This document shows, one piece after another, positions 61,970 to 64,000 of a stretch of DNA of 64,000 nt. Within the stretch, counting starts at the first letter, position 1. Each line of letters starts with the position of its first letter. This DNA is from an uncultured delta proteobacterium (GTDB taxonomy: Bacteria; Desulfobacterota; Binatia; Binatales; Binataceae): positions 160,001 through 224,000 of the forward strand of contig CAVXXK010000001.1 of the NCBI GenBank assembly GCA_963765675.1, read 5' to 3'. The notes below the pieces were generated by a model. That model was given only the letters and a program-made list of their open reading frames with translations. It was not told where the DNA came from and ran no database searches. Both the position numbers and the translations under genes were made by a program.

Positions 61970-64000
61970 TCACTGAACGCCGGCCTGCGAGAGTATCCAG
62001 CTCGGGACCTGAGACGGCGATGTGACTGGGCCGTTATTTTCTATAGTCAGATTGACGGGGTATGCCGGGATGTAACTGTTTTGGCAAATCTGCGGACCGA
62101 AGAAATCGATCGGATCGAGGAAGTAGTTTCCAGTATAAGTCAGATTCCCTACGGGAAGGCATCCGCCAAAGTCCGAACCGTACGGAACGCCGGTCAAGGC
62201 GCAATACAGAGGAATCGAGGACCCGGTAAAGCAGGGACCGAAATCAGCTATGCCCACCGGATCATTGAGTGACACATTCTGCTGAAGGGTCACGTATTGG
62301 CTGCCGCCATCAGTGTAATATATGTTGCTACCTCCGAGCGGCCGTTTATTTTCGGCGACGTTCAACTTGATCAACAAGCCATCGGCAAAATCCGGTCCCT
62401 GCGAACCGTTGGTATAGATTGCGCCACAATCCCATAGTTGTTCGGCGAAATACTCGAACTTGTTACTGCTGATTTCGTTGTTGCTGACGATCGTCGGAGT
62501 ATCGTATTCGCCCCACATTCCCGGGACGGCGGTCGGTACTCCCGGAAAACTTGGATCGTCGAGTAATCCCCATCCCCAGCCGATCGCGAGGCTGCTCCAC
62601 GGAGTGTGCATGACCGTGTTATGCGTAACCAGCGTGCCGGTAGTAAAAGCGATAAATATTCCCGCGGAGTCGTAGTAATCCTGGCCGGTGTAGGACACAG
62701 TATTGTTCTGGACCAGGTTGTTACTGGTCTTTTGTTCGCTGTTCGGTCGCGCATCTATTGGAGAGAGTCCTCCGACCTGGAGCGCCGTCGAGGATATGTC
62801 GGTGAAAGTGTTGTTGATTATCTTATTATCCTGGCTGCCGGTATCCAAATCGAGAGCCACTCCGCCCAAATGGCTGAAAGTATTTCCGGTAAACGTAATA
62901 TTGTGCGCGTATTGAAGGGTTACGTTGCCCAGCGTCTTATAAGTAATCTGCTGATGGCCGATAGTATTTGGCAGATAACCGTCACCCATCAATATGTAGC
63001 TGCTCTGATCGGTTACATAGCCGTTGTTGGTATTAGGCTCCAGCCACGTGGCATAAGAGAATTGCAGACCCTGAAAGGTTATGTTCGATACTGGGCTGCC
63101 CGGCGTTCCCTCCACTTCGACCAGATTCTCCAATACTGGCAAGACCGCGTTCTCGGGATTGCCATTGCTGGTATTGTAATAAGTTAACTGCTGACTGTAA
63201 GGATCGAGATACCACATGTTGGGTACGGTCACGAATTCCGGGGCGTTTTCCAGCCAGCTCAGAAGCTGAAAGTTCACCGGACTCGCGTACGTATTGGCGT
63301 TGGTCCAACATGGAGTTTGCATGACGAGCGTGGTTCCGGTCAGACTCGCGACAGGGCATCGCATCATTTTCCATTGCGTGGTCGTAACCGCCTCCATCAG
63401 CTCAGGATGGGTAAAAGACTCAGGCGTTATTTGCGTATAGCCAGTCGGTACGCGAGTGTAATTGAGATTGACCGCCGTGCCATAATTCGAGCGCGCACGA
63501 ATCGCGCGCTGGCCGTTTACATAGAACTGGCGAGGCATCTCTCCGGCCGGCAGGCCGGTCACCCCGCTGGTACAGATGTCGGCGCCGGTGCAGGTGAAAT
63601 CAGTCACAGGAACGCCGCCGGAAATAATCGCCGGGGAGCTGTTACCGGCTGCGGCGCGGTATACTACTTGAGCGTGTGGAGCGCCGGAGTCGGAAGAATC
63701 GAACACCAGTGGCGCCGTCAATGCGTAGGTACCTGACTCTATGTTAACATTGATCGTGCATTTGCCTCTGCGTTTGTCCTGCTGCACCACTTGTCGAGCA
63801 TGGTCGAGGGTCAGAAATGGATCCCCGATGCCACCGCTTGCGCTGTCGCTGCCGCTGGTGGAAACCCAGTAGTCCTGGCTGCATGCGGAATTGGCGCCGG
63901 AGTTGGAGTTCCCCGAGCCACCACCGCAGCCACCAATCAAAAGCAAGAGCGAAAGAATACCTAGACTTGCAGAGATTCTGGAAAATCCATTACGTAGCAC
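61970..64000 (-). CDS. Right-handed beta-helix lipoprotein (polysaccharide-active-like); start at the window edge
   Basis: Lipobox LIGGC, WVSTSGSD..G..DPFLTL, Asn-rich beta-helix repeats and DCGAIYT; lower GC. Confidence 0.82.
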   Translation of the reverse strand: MLRNGFSRISASLGILSLLLLIGGCGGGSGNSNSGANSACSQDYWVSTSGSDSASGGIGDPFLTLDHARQVVQQDKRRGKCTINVNIESGTYALTAPLVFDSSDSGAPHAQVVYRAAAGNSSPAIISGGVPVTDFTCTGADICTSGVTGLPAGEMPRQFYVNGQRAIRARSNYGTAVNLNYTRVPTGYTQITPESFTHPELMEAVTTTQWKMMRCPVASLTGTTLVMQTPCWTNANTYASPVNFQLLSWLENAPEFVTVPNMWYLDPYSQQLTYYNTSNGNPENAVLPVLENLVEVEGTPGSPVSNITFQGLQFSYATWLEPNTNNGYVTDQSSYILMGDGYLPNTIGHQQITYKTLGNVTLQYAHNITFTGNTFSHLGGVALDLDTGSQDNKIINNTFTDISSTALQVGGLSPIDARPNSEQKTSNNLVQNNTVSYTGQDYYDSAGIFIAFTTGTLVTHNTVMHTPWSSLAIGWGWGLLDDPSFPGVPTAVPGMWGEYDTPTIVSNNEISSNKFEYFAEQLWDCGAIYTNGSQGPDFADGLLIKLNVAENKRPLGGSNIYYTDGGSQYVTLQQNVSLNDPVGIADFGPCFTGSSIPLYCALTGVPYGSDFGGCLPVGNLTYTGNYFLDPIDFFGPQICQNSYIPAYPVNLTIENNGPVTSPSQVPSWILSQAGVQ

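Overview
High-GC chromosomal window from a diderm bacterium (lnt, RND pump and prfB present; the gene content resembles soil Deltaproteobacteria-like lineages such as Ca. Binatia, which is inference only). Most genes are housekeeping or metabolic: the 3' end of thiC, bcp, rhodanese-MoeB, a TetR-RND-MFP efflux unit, a hybrid kinase, mce, class II RNR nrdJ, dciA, recA, alaS, phoH-ybeY-lnt, prfB with its programmed +1 frameshift, coaE, lemA-htpX, smpB and tmRNA (ssrA). Downstream of ssrA lies a decayed island with a P4-like integrase remnant. Intergenic DNA is dense with several families of REP-like palindromes. The most striking element is a DUF559 (Vsr-like) nuclease gene enclosed by two ~97-bp inverted arms whose internal hairpins keep their structure but not their sequence. 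Other candidates are a lower-GC Sll1717-like ATPase plus orphan gene between lnt and prfB, an AbiGi-like gene coupled inside the phoH-ybeY-lnt operon, a glycoside hydrolase-GT2 fusion with an ABC exporter, and a CobS homologue lacking its usual acidic motifs. Six to eight genes, including essential alaS, are frameshifted, which most likely reflects assembly errors. No CRISPR array, rRNA or tRNA gene was seen.
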